64,000 nucleotides of DNA from Betaproteobacteria bacterium. Its GTDB lineage: Bacteria; Pseudomonadota; Gammaproteobacteria; Burkholderiales; SG8-39. The notes beneath the pieces are model-generated. The model saw only the letters and a program-made list of their open reading frames with translations. It ran no database searches and was not told where the DNA came from. This document shows, piece after piece, positions 47,570 through 56,122 of the stretch. The stretch is taken from the NCBI GenBank assembly GCA_004297625.1, contig SCTY01000030.1, positions 642 through 64,641 of the forward strand, in the 5' to 3' direction. Position numbers and translations under genes: made by a program. The first letter of the stretch is position 1; each line of letters starts with the position of its first letter.

Positions 47570-49005
47570 CAGCTCGCCGGCTTGCGCGCGAACGTCCCGT
47601 ACATCATGCCGATCGCCACCCAGAGGAAGCAGAACTCGGGCTCCGGGCGGAAGCTCGAGCCGACCCAGCCGGTGACGAAGAAGAACACCAGCGCCGCGGT
47701 GGCGCCCTGGAAGAAGCCGCGCATCTCCGGGGTGAGATAAGCGTTGCTGCCCAGCGAGCGGAAGCGGCGCCACAGGTGCCCGTAGTACGCGAGCATCAGC
47801 ACGAGGCCGATCCAGCCCATGTCGAGCACGGCCTCGAGGTAAGCGCTGTGCGGGTGGGTGACGGCGAGCATCGATTCGGTCACCATCGGCAACGACCACA
47901 TGATCGAGCCGAGGCCGTTTCCCCAGAGCGGCGACTTCCACAGCTCGGGAAGCAGCGGCAGCCAGATGCCGTCGATGCGGTCCGCGCTCACGCGGTTGGC
48001 GTCCACGTCGAAGCCGAAGGTGATCCGGTTCCACAGGTACTCGGGCGCGATCAGCGCCACGACCGCGACCGCGAGCAGCGCGAGAGCGAGCGTCTTCGCG
48101 TTGAACTTCCACACCAGGAACATCGCGTTCACGATGAAGAAGCCGAGGAACGCGCCGCGCGAGAACGTGAGCACCATGGCGAGCGTGGCGACGCCCATGG
48201 TCGCGATCAGCGCCGCCTTGAGGCCGTGGTTCTTCGTTTCCCACCACACGAAAAGCATGAGCGCGTAGGCCACCGCGTACAGTCGCCCGAGCTCGTTGGC
48301 GTGCAGCCCGATCTGGTTGTAGAACGCGCGCGCGCCCACCCCGGCGAGGAAACCCAGGCGCACGCCGGAGGCGGCGATCAGTCCGAACTGCAGCAGCGCC
48401 ATGATCCACACCGAAACCATGAGCGGGATCAGGAAGCGCTCGGGCTTTTGCGAATGCATTATCGCCGCGCCAATCAGCAGCGCGCCGAGCACCGTGAACA
48501 GGGGCCGGATCGCCATCTCGCGGAAGTAGCCGAGCGGCTCGGTGAAGTGCAGCGTCAGGTTTTCGAAGAACAGCGGATAGATGTCGTACGCGTGCCGCAT
48601 GCCGAGGAGGCCGGCCACGAGGATCGGGACCACGTACAGCCACACCAGCGGACGAGGCGTCATTCCCTTGAACTTCCCGCCCATCACGCAGGCGACGAGC
48701 GTCGCCGCGATCACGATGTTGAACGGGTTCAGGGACGGCACGCCGAGCACGCTGTGCGGCAGGAAGAACGTAGCGCCCAGCGGCAGGATGAGGATCAGCA
48801 GCACCGCGCCGATGCGGAAGTCGAAGAACACCGCGATGCCGGCGACCACCGCCATGGCGACGAAGAACGCGGCAAACTCGCCGACCGCCACCGCGAAGCC
48901 GAGGGCGCCTGCGAGCCCCAGCATCGCGGTGACGATCAGCAGCCCGAGGGTGCTGCTCGAGGCGGCCTTGGGCCGCGCGTACGCGCTCGCCGTGGCGCCC
49001 GCCAT
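47569..49005 (-). CDS. O-antigen ligase/polymerase-like (Wzy_C) membrane protein, exosortase-locus type
   Basis: Polytopic. THPHSAYLEAVLDMGWIGLVLML loop/helix typical of the Wzy_C domain. Confidence 0.7.
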   Translation of the reverse strand: MAGATASAYARPKAASSSTLGLLIVTAMLGLAGALGFAVAVGEFAAFFVAMAVVAGIAVFFDFRIGAVLLILILPLGATFFLPHSVLGVPSLNPFNIVIAATLVACVMGGKFKGMTPRPLVWLYVVPILVAGLLGMRHAYDIYPLFFENLTLHFTEPLGYFREMAIRPLFTVLGALLIGAAIMHSQKPERFLIPLMVSVWIMALLQFGLIAASGVRLGFLAGVGARAFYNQIGLHANELGRLYAVAYALMLFVWWETKNHGLKAALIATMGVATLAMVLTFSRGAFLGFFIVNAMFLVWKFNAKTLALALLAVAVVALIAPEYLWNRITFGFDVDANRVSADRIDGIWLPLLPELWKSPLWGNGLGSIMWSLPMVTESMLAVTHPHSAYLEAVLDMGWIGLVLMLAYYGHLWRRFRSLGSNAYLTPEMRGFFQGATAALVFFFVTGWVGSSFRPEPEFCFLWVAIGMMYGTFARKPAS

Positions 49006-49006
49006 G

Positions 49007-49909
49007 TCAGTACGCGTTCACCAGCGTGCCGACGATGCGCGCGGTCGCGTCCGAGAGCTCGCGCACCGCGCGCTCGGTGTCCTCCAGCCGCGTGCGGTCC
49101 TTGCGCGACACGAGCAGCGCGTCGCCCGCGCGGTAGGCGATGGTGTGCGCGTCGGCGTACTCGTTCACCGGCGGCGTGTCGACGATGATGACGTCGTACT
49201 CCGCCTGCGCTCTTCCGAGCAGCGCCGCGAAGCTGCCGCGCGAAAGGAGCTCGAGCGGGTTCGGCGGCGTCGGGCCGGCCGGCATCACCGCCAGCCCCGT
49301 GAGCCCGGTGACCGGCGCCGCGGCGGACAGATCGGCGCGCCCGGAAAGCGCCGACGAGAGCCCGAAGCGGTCCGGGATGTTGAAGATGCTCTGCTGGCGC
49401 GGCGCGCGGAAATCGGCGTCCATGAGGAGCGTGCGGTGCCCGAGCTGCGAGAACACCACCGCGAGGTTCGCCGCGACGAAGCTGCGGCCCTCGCGCGCGC
49501 TGGCGCTCGCCACGACGAGCGTGCGGCGCCCCGCCTCGGGGTTGTACCAGCGGATGAGGAGCTGGGTCCGCACGCCGCGCAATTCCTCCACCACCGGGTG
49601 GAACGGATCCCAGGCCGCGATGAGCTCCTTCGCCACGCCGTCGGGACCGGACACGAGGTACGGAAACTCGTACTGCTTGGCGAGCGCCTGGCGCAGGTCC
49701 GCGTCGGTGATGAGATTCAGCTCGATCGCCGCCTCGCCGAAGCGCCAGCCGAGCTCGCGCTGTCGCGCGAGCACCTGCTCGGCATCCGAGGCGGTGAGCT
49801 TGCCTTCGTCCATCAGGATGGCGCCGATGTGGCGCCCGGTGTGGCCGATTCCGCGGGCAGCGGGAGAGCCCTCGAGCGGCAACACGTTTTCGTTCGGTTT
49901 CAGTAGCAT
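49007..49909 (-). CDS. chain-length-determinant ATPase/tyrosine-kinase-like protein (EpsG type)
   Basis: Walker A-like SASAREGRSF (Arg where Lys is expected), A' LLMDADFR, Walker B DVIIVDTPP. N-terminal GspE-N-like segment. Confidence 0.7.
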   Translation of the reverse strand: MLLKPNENVLPLEGSPAARGIGHTGRHIGAILMDEGKLTASDAEQVLARQRELGWRFGEAAIELNLITDADLRQALAKQYEFPYLVSGPDGVAKELIAAWDPFHPVVEELRGVRTQLLIRWYNPEAGRRTLVVASASAREGRSFVAANLAVVFSQLGHRTLLMDADFRAPRQQSIFNIPDRFGLSSALSGRADLSAAAPVTGLTGLAVMPAGPTPPNPLELLSRGSFAALLGRAQAEYDVIIVDTPPVNEYADAHTIAYRAGDALLVSRKDRTRLEDTERAVRELSDATARIVGTLVNAY

Positions 49910-49916
49910 GGGAATC

Positions 49917-51338
49917 TCACCAGGGGTGGGGAAGAGCTTTGGCGGCACGCATCGGCGCCGGGAGCAGCCGGCCGGCGACCGGCTGCCACCTCGAGAGCTG
50001 GCCGAGGGACGGCACGGCAAGCCGCGACTCGAGGTCGAAGCGCGAGCGCACCCTGCGGTCGAGCGTTTCGGCGACGTAGACCACCGCCGCGGCGAACAGC
50101 AGGCCGACGAACACCGAAAGAATGCTGATCAGCAGGATCTTCGGCTGCGCCGGCGTGAGCGGCTCGACCGCCGGGGTGAGCAGCGCGGCGTTGGTCTTGG
50201 TCGCCGTGCTTTCGATCTTGTTGGTCATGAAGCGCCCGAGCACCGCGTCGTAGGCGCGCTGCGCGTTGTCCGCGTCGCGGCTCATGACCGCGAGCTCCAC
50301 ACGGGATTCCTTCATCGACTGGATGCGCTCGCTCTGCGCCGCGAGCGCGTTCTTCAGCTGGTCTTCGCGCCGCTGCGCCTGCTGCACGGCGTTGCCGATG
50401 GAGGCCACCACCTTCTTCATCTCCACGCCGAGCTTGTCGCGCAGCACCTTCACGTCGGCCTCGGCGCGCCGGTACGCCGGATGGTTCGGCCCGAGGTCCG
50501 CGCTCGCGGCCTGCAGGGCCGCTTCGGCGCGGGCGAGATCGGCGCGCACCGCTGTAATCGGCGCGCTCGCCATGATCTCGGCCATGGCGTCGGGCGTGCC
50601 GCTCTGAAGCACCTCCTGCGCCTGGCGGAAGCGGGCTTTCGCCTCGTAGGTCGCGTTCTTCGCGGCGAGATAGGCCGTCGAGACCTCGGCGAGCCGCGCC
50701 GACTCGACGTCTGCGCGCTCGTCGGTGGAGACGATGCCCTTCGCTTTCTGGTAATTCGCCACCTTGGTCTGCGCCTGGTTCACCTGCTCGCGCAGTCTTG
50801 CGAGCTGCTGGTTGAACCAGTCGGCCGCCTCGCGCGTGGGTTCGGTGCGCATCTCGAGCGCGGTCTCGAGGTAGGCCTTGGCAAAGGCGTTGGCCACGGC
50901 GGCCGCCTTGCGCGGATCGCTCGAGGCGAACTGCACCGTGAGCACGTTGCTCGCCGAGACGTCGACCTTCAGCTTCTCGAGCAGCGTCTGCGCGATCCAG
51001 TCGTCGATGGAGATGGCGCCATCGGTTTCTTCCTGCCACGCCTCGCGCATGCCGGGCTGCTGCGCGAGCTTGAGGTCGCGCGAGACGCGCGCCGCCACCC
51101 GGCCGCTCTGGATCAGGTCGACCTGGGTCTGCACGTAGCCCATGCGCTCGCGCGGCGACATGCGCGTGGGCGACATGGTCTGCTCGTCGCGCGCGTCGAG
51201 CAGCAGCGTGGCGGTCCCGACGTACTTCTTGGGCACGATCAGCGCCACGGCCATCGCGGTCGCGATCACGGCCACGAAGACCAGCACGAACGCCTTGCGG
51301 CGCGCGCGCAGTGCCAGCATGAATTGGCTGAAATCCAT
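49917..51338 (-). CDS. polysaccharide co-polymerase / chain length determinant (EpsF/Wzz type)
   Basis: N- and C-terminal TM segments flank a long coiled-coil periplasmic region. Confidence 0.75.
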   Translation of the reverse strand: MDFSQFMLALRARRKAFVLVFVAVIATAMAVALIVPKKYVGTATLLLDARDEQTMSPTRMSPRERMGYVQTQVDLIQSGRVAARVSRDLKLAQQPGMREAWQEETDGAISIDDWIAQTLLEKLKVDVSASNVLTVQFASSDPRKAAAVANAFAKAYLETALEMRTEPTREAADWFNQQLARLREQVNQAQTKVANYQKAKGIVSTDERADVESARLAEVSTAYLAAKNATYEAKARFRQAQEVLQSGTPDAMAEIMASAPITAVRADLARAEAALQAASADLGPNHPAYRRAEADVKVLRDKLGVEMKKVVASIGNAVQQAQRREDQLKNALAAQSERIQSMKESRVELAVMSRDADNAQRAYDAVLGRFMTNKIESTATKTNAALLTPAVEPLTPAQPKILLISILSVFVGLLFAAAVVYVAETLDRRVRSRFDLESRLAVPSLGQLSRWQPVAGRLLPAPMRAAKALPHPW

Positions 51339-51350
51339 GAATGACTCCCT

Positions 51351-52115
51351 CTAGAAAATCGATTCTTTGACGTAGACCACGTCGTCGGCCTTCAGCGCGT
51401 CCTGCAGGCTGGCGTCGGTCTCGATGTACTTGCCGTCGCCGGCCGGACGCCGCAGCTTCAGGCGCCGCTCGCTGCCGCGCGGCGTGATGCCGCCGCCGGC
51501 GGCGATCGCCTGCATCACCGTCATGTTGGGCGCGAGGGGGTAGGCGCCGCCGCGCATCACCTCGCCGTAGATGTAGAACACCGGCGCGCGCTCCACCTGG
51601 ATGGTGTCGCCGTTCCTGAGCGGGAAGTTCTTCGCCATGACGTCGACCTTCTGGCTCTTCCCGTCGCGCACCACGGTGACCACCTCGGCTCCGCCCGGCG
51701 CCACGCCGCCCGCGGCGGCGATCACGTCGGCGAGGTGCGAGCTCGCGTCGTCGAGCGGGTAGCGCCCGGGCCGCGGCACCATGCCGAGCACGTTCACCTG
51801 CCGGCTGCGCAGCGTCGTCACGGCGAGCGTCACCTGCGGGTTCTTGAGAAACTTGCCGCTCTTCAGCGCCGAGGCGACGTGCGAGGCGGCGGCGTTGGGC
51901 GTCATGCCGCCGATCTTGACCTCGCCGACGAGCGGCATGTTGATCGTGCCGCGCTCGCTGACGCGGGCCTCCGTGGCGAGATCGGGCTGCTGGAAAACCG
52001 TGACGCGCACCGCGTCGCCCACGCCGACCTTGTCTGTGGGCGCGTTCGGCGCGCCTTGCGCGTACGCAACCGCGGCTGCTGCCCACAGGAACAACCCCAA
52101 CACCGTCCGTTTCAT
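51351..52115 (-). CDS. outer-membrane polysaccharide export protein (EpsE/Wza-like)
   Basis: Signal peptide MKRTVLGLFLWAAAAVAYA. Poly_export/SLBB-like blocks. GAGGTG precedes ATG 52115; an alternative ATG exists at 52130. Confidence 0.8.
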   Translation of the reverse strand: MKRTVLGLFLWAAAAVAYAQGAPNAPTDKVGVGDAVRVTVFQQPDLATEARVSERGTINMPLVGEVKIGGMTPNAAASHVASALKSGKFLKNPQVTLAVTTLRSRQVNVLGMVPRPGRYPLDDASSHLADVIAAAGGVAPGGAEVVTVVRDGKSQKVDVMAKNFPLRNGDTIQVERAPVFYIYGEVMRGGAYPLAPNMTVMQAIAAGGGITPRGSERRLKLRRPAGDGKYIETDASLQDALKADDVVYVKESIF

Positions 52116-52126
52116 GTCCACCTCGC

Positions 52127-52927
52127 TCATTTGCCCGTTCGGAATTCACCCATGTATTCGATGCTCGCGACCTCGCGCAGCCGCCGCACCTCGGCGGCCG
52201 CGGTCTCGAGGCGCTTGCGTCCCTCGAGGAACTGCTCGATCAGCGGCGCCGCCTGCTGCTCGGTAAGCGGCGCTTCCTGCGCGTGTACCAGCTGCACCAC
52301 CGACGCCCCGAGCGGCGACGGCAGCACGGCCATATCGCCCGCTTTCATGCGCGCGAGCTGCGGCAGGTAGCGCAGCGGCAGCTGCTCGGCCGGCTGCGTC
52401 ACGGCCACCTCGCGGAATTCCGCGCTGCGCGCGCGCAGCCACGCCGCGACTTGCTCGAGGCTCGAGGCGCGCCCGGCTTCGGCGCGCAGCACCTCGAGCA
52501 TCCCGGCAGGCGAGGAAACCACGAGCTCCTGCAGGCGGTAGATGCGCCGGCGCGCGAACAGCGCCTCGTTCTCGTGGTAGAAGGCGCGGATTTCCTCGGC
52601 GCTCGGCTTCGCCGCCGCGCCGGCCGCGCGCTCGATCCAGGCCTGCGCCAGCACCTGGCGGCGCGCGTGATCGATCGCCTGCGCGACCGCCGGGTCGCGG
52701 TCGAGGCCGGCGGCGAGCGCTTTTTGCGCCAGCAGCTCGCGGTCGATGATCTTTTCCAGCGCCTGCGCGCCGGTGGCGCCGCCGGCGGTGTTCACCTGGC
52801 GCACCAGGATCTCGGCGCCGTTCACCTTCGCGGCGACTTGCGCGCCGCGGTTCGCCTCGGCGCGCTGGCAGCCGACGGGAACCGCCGCGAGCAGGGCAAG
52901 ACCGGCGTATTTCCAGGCACCGAACAT
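52127..52927 (-). CDS. SurA/parvulin-like PPIase lipoprotein (EpsD type)
   Basis: Lipobox AVPVGC; VAAKVNGAEI SurA-N-like start. Position upstream of the EpsE/F/G-like genes. Confidence 0.55.
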   Translation of the reverse strand: MFGAWKYAGLALLAAVPVGCQRAEANRGAQVAAKVNGAEILVRQVNTAGGATGAQALEKIIDRELLAQKALAAGLDRDPAVAQAIDHARRQVLAQAWIERAAGAAAKPSAEEIRAFYHENEALFARRRIYRLQELVVSSPAGMLEVLRAEAGRASSLEQVAAWLRARSAEFREVAVTQPAEQLPLRYLPQLARMKAGDMAVLPSPLGASVVQLVHAQEAPLTEQQAAPLIEQFLEGRKRLETAAAEVRRLREVASIEYMGEFRTGK

Positions 52928-53262
52928 CAGAACGAATGGCCCAGGCGACGGCGCGCGACCCACAGCGCGAGCGCCAATCCGGAGAGCAGCAGCCAGCCGC
53001 GCGGCTCGGCCACGCCGGCGATCGCGAACGCCGCCTCGGGCTCGACGGCCGGCACGGCGACCGCGACGCGGATCGGCGCGTCGTTCAGCGTCAGCGCCGG
53101 GAGGTTATTGAGCGCCGCGCCCGACACGGTGAGCTGGTAGACGTCGACGAAGGAATACATCGAAGGCTGCGGCGCCGCGGCGTGCAGCGAGCTGTAGAAG
53201 CTGTCGCTTGCCGCGGCCGGCAAAGCGCAGAGGGCGAATACGATCGCAACGAGTGTTTTCAT
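52927..53262 (-). CDS. small secreted PEP-CTERM-type protein
   Basis: Signal peptide MKTLVAIVFALCALPAAA. C-terminus VAEP-RGWLLLSGLALALWVA-RRR has PEP-like motif, TM and Arg cluster. Confidence 0.6.
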   Translation of the reverse strand: MKTLVAIVFALCALPAAASDSFYSSLHAAAPQPSMYSFVDVYQLTVSGAALNNLPALTLNDAPIRVAVAVPAVEPEAAFAIAGVAEPRGWLLLSGLALALWVARRRLGHSF

Positions 53263-53352
53263 GGAGCCGTGTCATCCTAGGTCGGGTCTATTACGGCGCT
53301 GAGCCGGCCGGCGTTGCGTGCGATCGTCCGTACGGACTACGCGCTTTGGCAC

Positions 53353-53376
53353 AAAAAAAACGGCGCCGCGGCGCCG
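53353..53376 (-). terminator. rho-independent terminator after the EpsA-like regulator gene
   Basis: On the minus strand, CGGCGCCGCGGCGCCG hairpin followed by T8. Confidence 0.7.
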
Positions 53377-53398
53377 TTTCTCTCGAGCGGTCGTCGCG

Positions 53399-54250
53399 CT
53401 ACGGGTTCAGGATGCGCAGCTCCAGCGACTTGCCGATCGCCTGCGTGCGGTTCACGACGTTCAGCTTCCTCAGGATCTTCTGCACGTGGTTCTTCACCGT
53501 GAGCGGGCTGATCTTGAGGATCGCGCCGATCTCGAAGTTGCTCTTGCCGAGATAGATCCACTTGAGGATGTCCTGCTCGCGCACCGTGAGCACGCTGTGG
53601 CTCACCGCCTTGTCGCCGGCGCCTGCGCCCTCGGTGCGGCGCTGCATCTGCGTGCGCACCCACGCGGCGTGCAGCGCCGGCGCGAGAAGCTGCGCGAGGT
53701 ACGCCTGCCGCGTGCCGATGCTTCCCGGGCGGCCGGCGAAGAGAAACAGGCTCACCGCGCGCCCGTCGGAGTCGTGCAGCCCGTGCACCATGAGCTGCGT
53801 CGCGCCCAGGCGCTCGAGCTCGCGCGTGAATGCGCCGTTCGCAATCGGGCCGTTGCCGGTCTCGAACACCAGCGGCTGGTAGCGGCGCTCCTCCCAGGCC
53901 TTGAGGAGCGCCGGCGCCACCGCGCTGTCGCGCAGGAAGACATCGCTGAACATCGCCGGATCGGGCGTGGTCATCGAGAAGCCGTCGGCGCGGAACGCCG
54001 GCGGCTTGCCCAGGCACAGCGTGCAGATCAGCAGCTCGTGGCGGATCAGGCTCTGCAGCAGGCCTTGCGTCCAGCTGAAGAAATGCGCGCGCGCGTGCAC
54101 GCGCAGCGACGCGTCGAGATTGAGCACGATCGATTCGATCTGCAGGAAATCGGTCGCCGCCGAGCGAGCGTCGCCGTTGCCGCCATCTTGCGGCAAGGGC
54201 AGCGGTTGCGAAGGAACGGCAATCGGAGTGTCAGCGCTGGAAAGTGGCAT
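53399..54250 (-). CDS. LuxR-family transcriptional regulator (EpsA type)
   Basis: C-terminal HTH LTVREQDILKWIYLGKSNFEIGAILKISPLTVKNHVQKILRKL. Start uncertain (ATG 54250 or GTG 54301). Confidence 0.75.
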   Translation of the reverse strand: MPLSSADTPIAVPSQPLPLPQDGGNGDARSAATDFLQIESIVLNLDASLRVHARAHFFSWTQGLLQSLIRHELLICTLCLGKPPAFRADGFSMTTPDPAMFSDVFLRDSAVAPALLKAWEERRYQPLVFETGNGPIANGAFTRELERLGATQLMVHGLHDSDGRAVSLFLFAGRPGSIGTRQAYLAQLLAPALHAAWVRTQMQRRTEGAGAGDKAVSHSVLTVREQDILKWIYLGKSNFEIGAILKISPLTVKNHVQKILRKLNVVNRTQAIGKSLELRILNP

Positions 54251-54417
54251 GGTGGAACCAATATAGTCGAGTGAGATTACGAATCCGTTAGGCCGGCACA
54301 CGGCCGAAAAGCTAGTCCGATGAGCCCATTACGCGCGGGGCGGCGCAACGCAATGAGTGAACGGCGCTGCCCTACCCTGACTTGGCCTTGGATTCGAGCA
54401 GACAAAGCCGCACGCAG

Positions 54418-55785
54418 ATGCTGCGCAGCCCGCCCGGACCGGGCGCGCTGGTGCAGGCGTCGATCGACCCCGTCGTTTCCATCGGCACGCTCGCCGGCGT
54501 GGTGTCGCTTTTCGGCGGGCGCTTCGACGGCGCCTGCCTGATCCTCGCGCTGCTGGTGTTCGCCATGACCTTTCCGGGGAGCCTCGCGCGCGACACCGGC
54601 AGCGCGGGCGAGCTCGCGCTCGACATCGCGACCGGCTGGGCGGCGATCGTGGTGCTGCTGCTGTTCCTCGGCTGGTCCTCGCGCACGCTCGGGTCGTTCG
54701 ACGACCGCGTGATCCTCGCCTGGGCGCTCGTCACGCCGGCGGCGCTTTTCGCCGCGCATCGCCTGCTGCCCGTGCTGTGGCCGCGGCTGCTCGCCGCCGA
54801 GGGCCTGCAGAAGACCGCGGTCATCGCGGGCGCCAACGATCTCGGCCGCAAGCTCGCGCGGCAGCTGCGCGACAACCCGCTGCTCGGCATCCGCTTCGCC
54901 GGCTATTTCGACGACCGCGCCGCGAGCCGGCTGCAGGGCGTGCAGCCGCGCGAGAACCTCGGCTCGCTCTCGGCGCTCCCCGACTACGCGCGCGCCCACC
55001 GCGTGGACGTGATCTACATCGCCCTGCCGATGGCTTCCCAGCCGAGGATCCTCAAGCTGCTCGAGGACTTGCGCGACACCACGGCCTCGATCTATTTCGT
55101 GCCCGACATCTTCGTCGCCGACCTGATCCAGGCGCGCGTCGACTCGATCGGCGGGCTGCCCGTGGTGGCGGTGTGCGAGTCGCCGTTCTACGGCTTCAAC
55201 GGCGTAATCAAGCGGGCCAGCGATCTTATTTCCGCCAGCGCAATTCTCTTGCTGATCAGCCCGCTGCTCGCCGCCATCGCGATCGGCGTGAAGCTTTCCT
55301 CGCCCGGGCCGATCCTCTTCAAGCAGCGCCGCTACGGGCTCGACGGCCGGCGCATCGTGGTCTACAAGTTCCGCTCGATGACGGTCGCCGAGGACGGCGA
55401 CGTGGTGCGCCAGGCGACGCGCAACGACCAGCGCGTCACGCGCTTCGGCGCCTTTCTGCGCCGCACCTCGCTCGACGAGCTGCCGCAGTTCATCAACGTG
55501 CTGCAGGGCCGCATGAGCGTGGTCGGGCCGCGCCCGCACGCGGTGGCGCACAACGAGGTGTACCGCAAGCTGATCCGCGGCTACATGATCCGCCACAAGG
55601 TGAAGCCGGGCATCACCGGGCTCGCCCAGGTGAGCGGCTGGCGCGGGGAAACCGAGACCGTGGAGAAGATGAAGGCGCGCATCGACTGCGACCTCGCCTA
55701 TCTGCGCAACTGGTCGCTGCTCCTCGACCTGCAGATCATCCTCAAGACGATCGTCGTCGTGCTGCAGAAAGACAATGCCTATTGA
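54418..55785 (+). CDS. polyprenyl-phosphate glycosyl-1-phosphate transferase (WcaJ/EPS priming type)
   Basis: PGPILFKQRRYGLDGRRIVVYKFRSM, DELPQFINVLQGRMSVVGPRP. N-terminal TM bundle plus Rossmann-like linker. Confidence 0.85.
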   Translation: MLRSPPGPGALVQASIDPVVSIGTLAGVVSLFGGRFDGACLILALLVFAMTFPGSLARDTGSAGELALDIATGWAAIVVLLLFLGWSSRTLGSFDDRVILAWALVTPAALFAAHRLLPVLWPRLLAAEGLQKTAVIAGANDLGRKLARQLRDNPLLGIRFAGYFDDRAASRLQGVQPRENLGSLSALPDYARAHRVDVIYIALPMASQPRILKLLEDLRDTTASIYFVPDIFVADLIQARVDSIGGLPVVAVCESPFYGFNGVIKRASDLISASAILLLISPLLAAIAIGVKLSSPGPILFKQRRYGLDGRRIVVYKFRSMTVAEDGDVVRQATRNDQRVTRFGAFLRRTSLDELPQFINVLQGRMSVVGPRPHAVAHNEVYRKLIRGYMIRHKVKPGITGLAQVSGWRGETETVEKMKARIDCDLAYLRNWSLLLDLQIILKTIVVVLQKDNAY

Positions 55786-56122
55786 CCGCCTCGCATCGCT
55801 GGTGCTTGCCGTGTCAATCGTTACTGCCATCCTGCTGGGCGCGCCCGTGCCTATCCCGGACGGCTGGGACAAGGCGGCGCATTTCGTCGCCTTCTCGGCG
55901 CTCACGCTCTTCCTGTGGCACGCCACCGCGGGCGAGCTGCCGCTCGCCGTCGTGGCCGCGGTGATCGTGCTCGGCGGCCTGGACGAATGGCGCCAGGCCT
56001 CGATGCCCGGACGCGTCTCCGATGCCCTGGACTTCCTCGCCGACGCCTGCGCCGCGGGCGCGACCGGGCTGCTCCTCTTCATGCAAAGGAAAACCGCATG
56101 TGCGGAATCGTCGCCGCAGTAG
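55775..56122 (+). CDS. VanZ-like membrane protein
   Basis: [14 protein letters not shown]...[26 protein letters not shown] pattern. Confidence 0.5.
   Translation: MPIDRLASLVLAVSIVTAILLGAPVPIPDGWDKAAHFVAFSALTLFLWHATAGELPLAVVAAVIVLGGLDEWRQASMPGRVSDALDFLADACAAGATGLLLFMQRKTACAESSPQ

Noticed and set aside
47569-49005. The polytopic membrane protein following the EpsG-like gene could have been the missing exosortase (XrtA/EpsH).
   Set aside because: It carries a Wzy_C/O-antigen-ligase-type signature (THPHSAYLEAVLDMGWIG). I could not see the exosortase Cys/Arg/His signature pattern.
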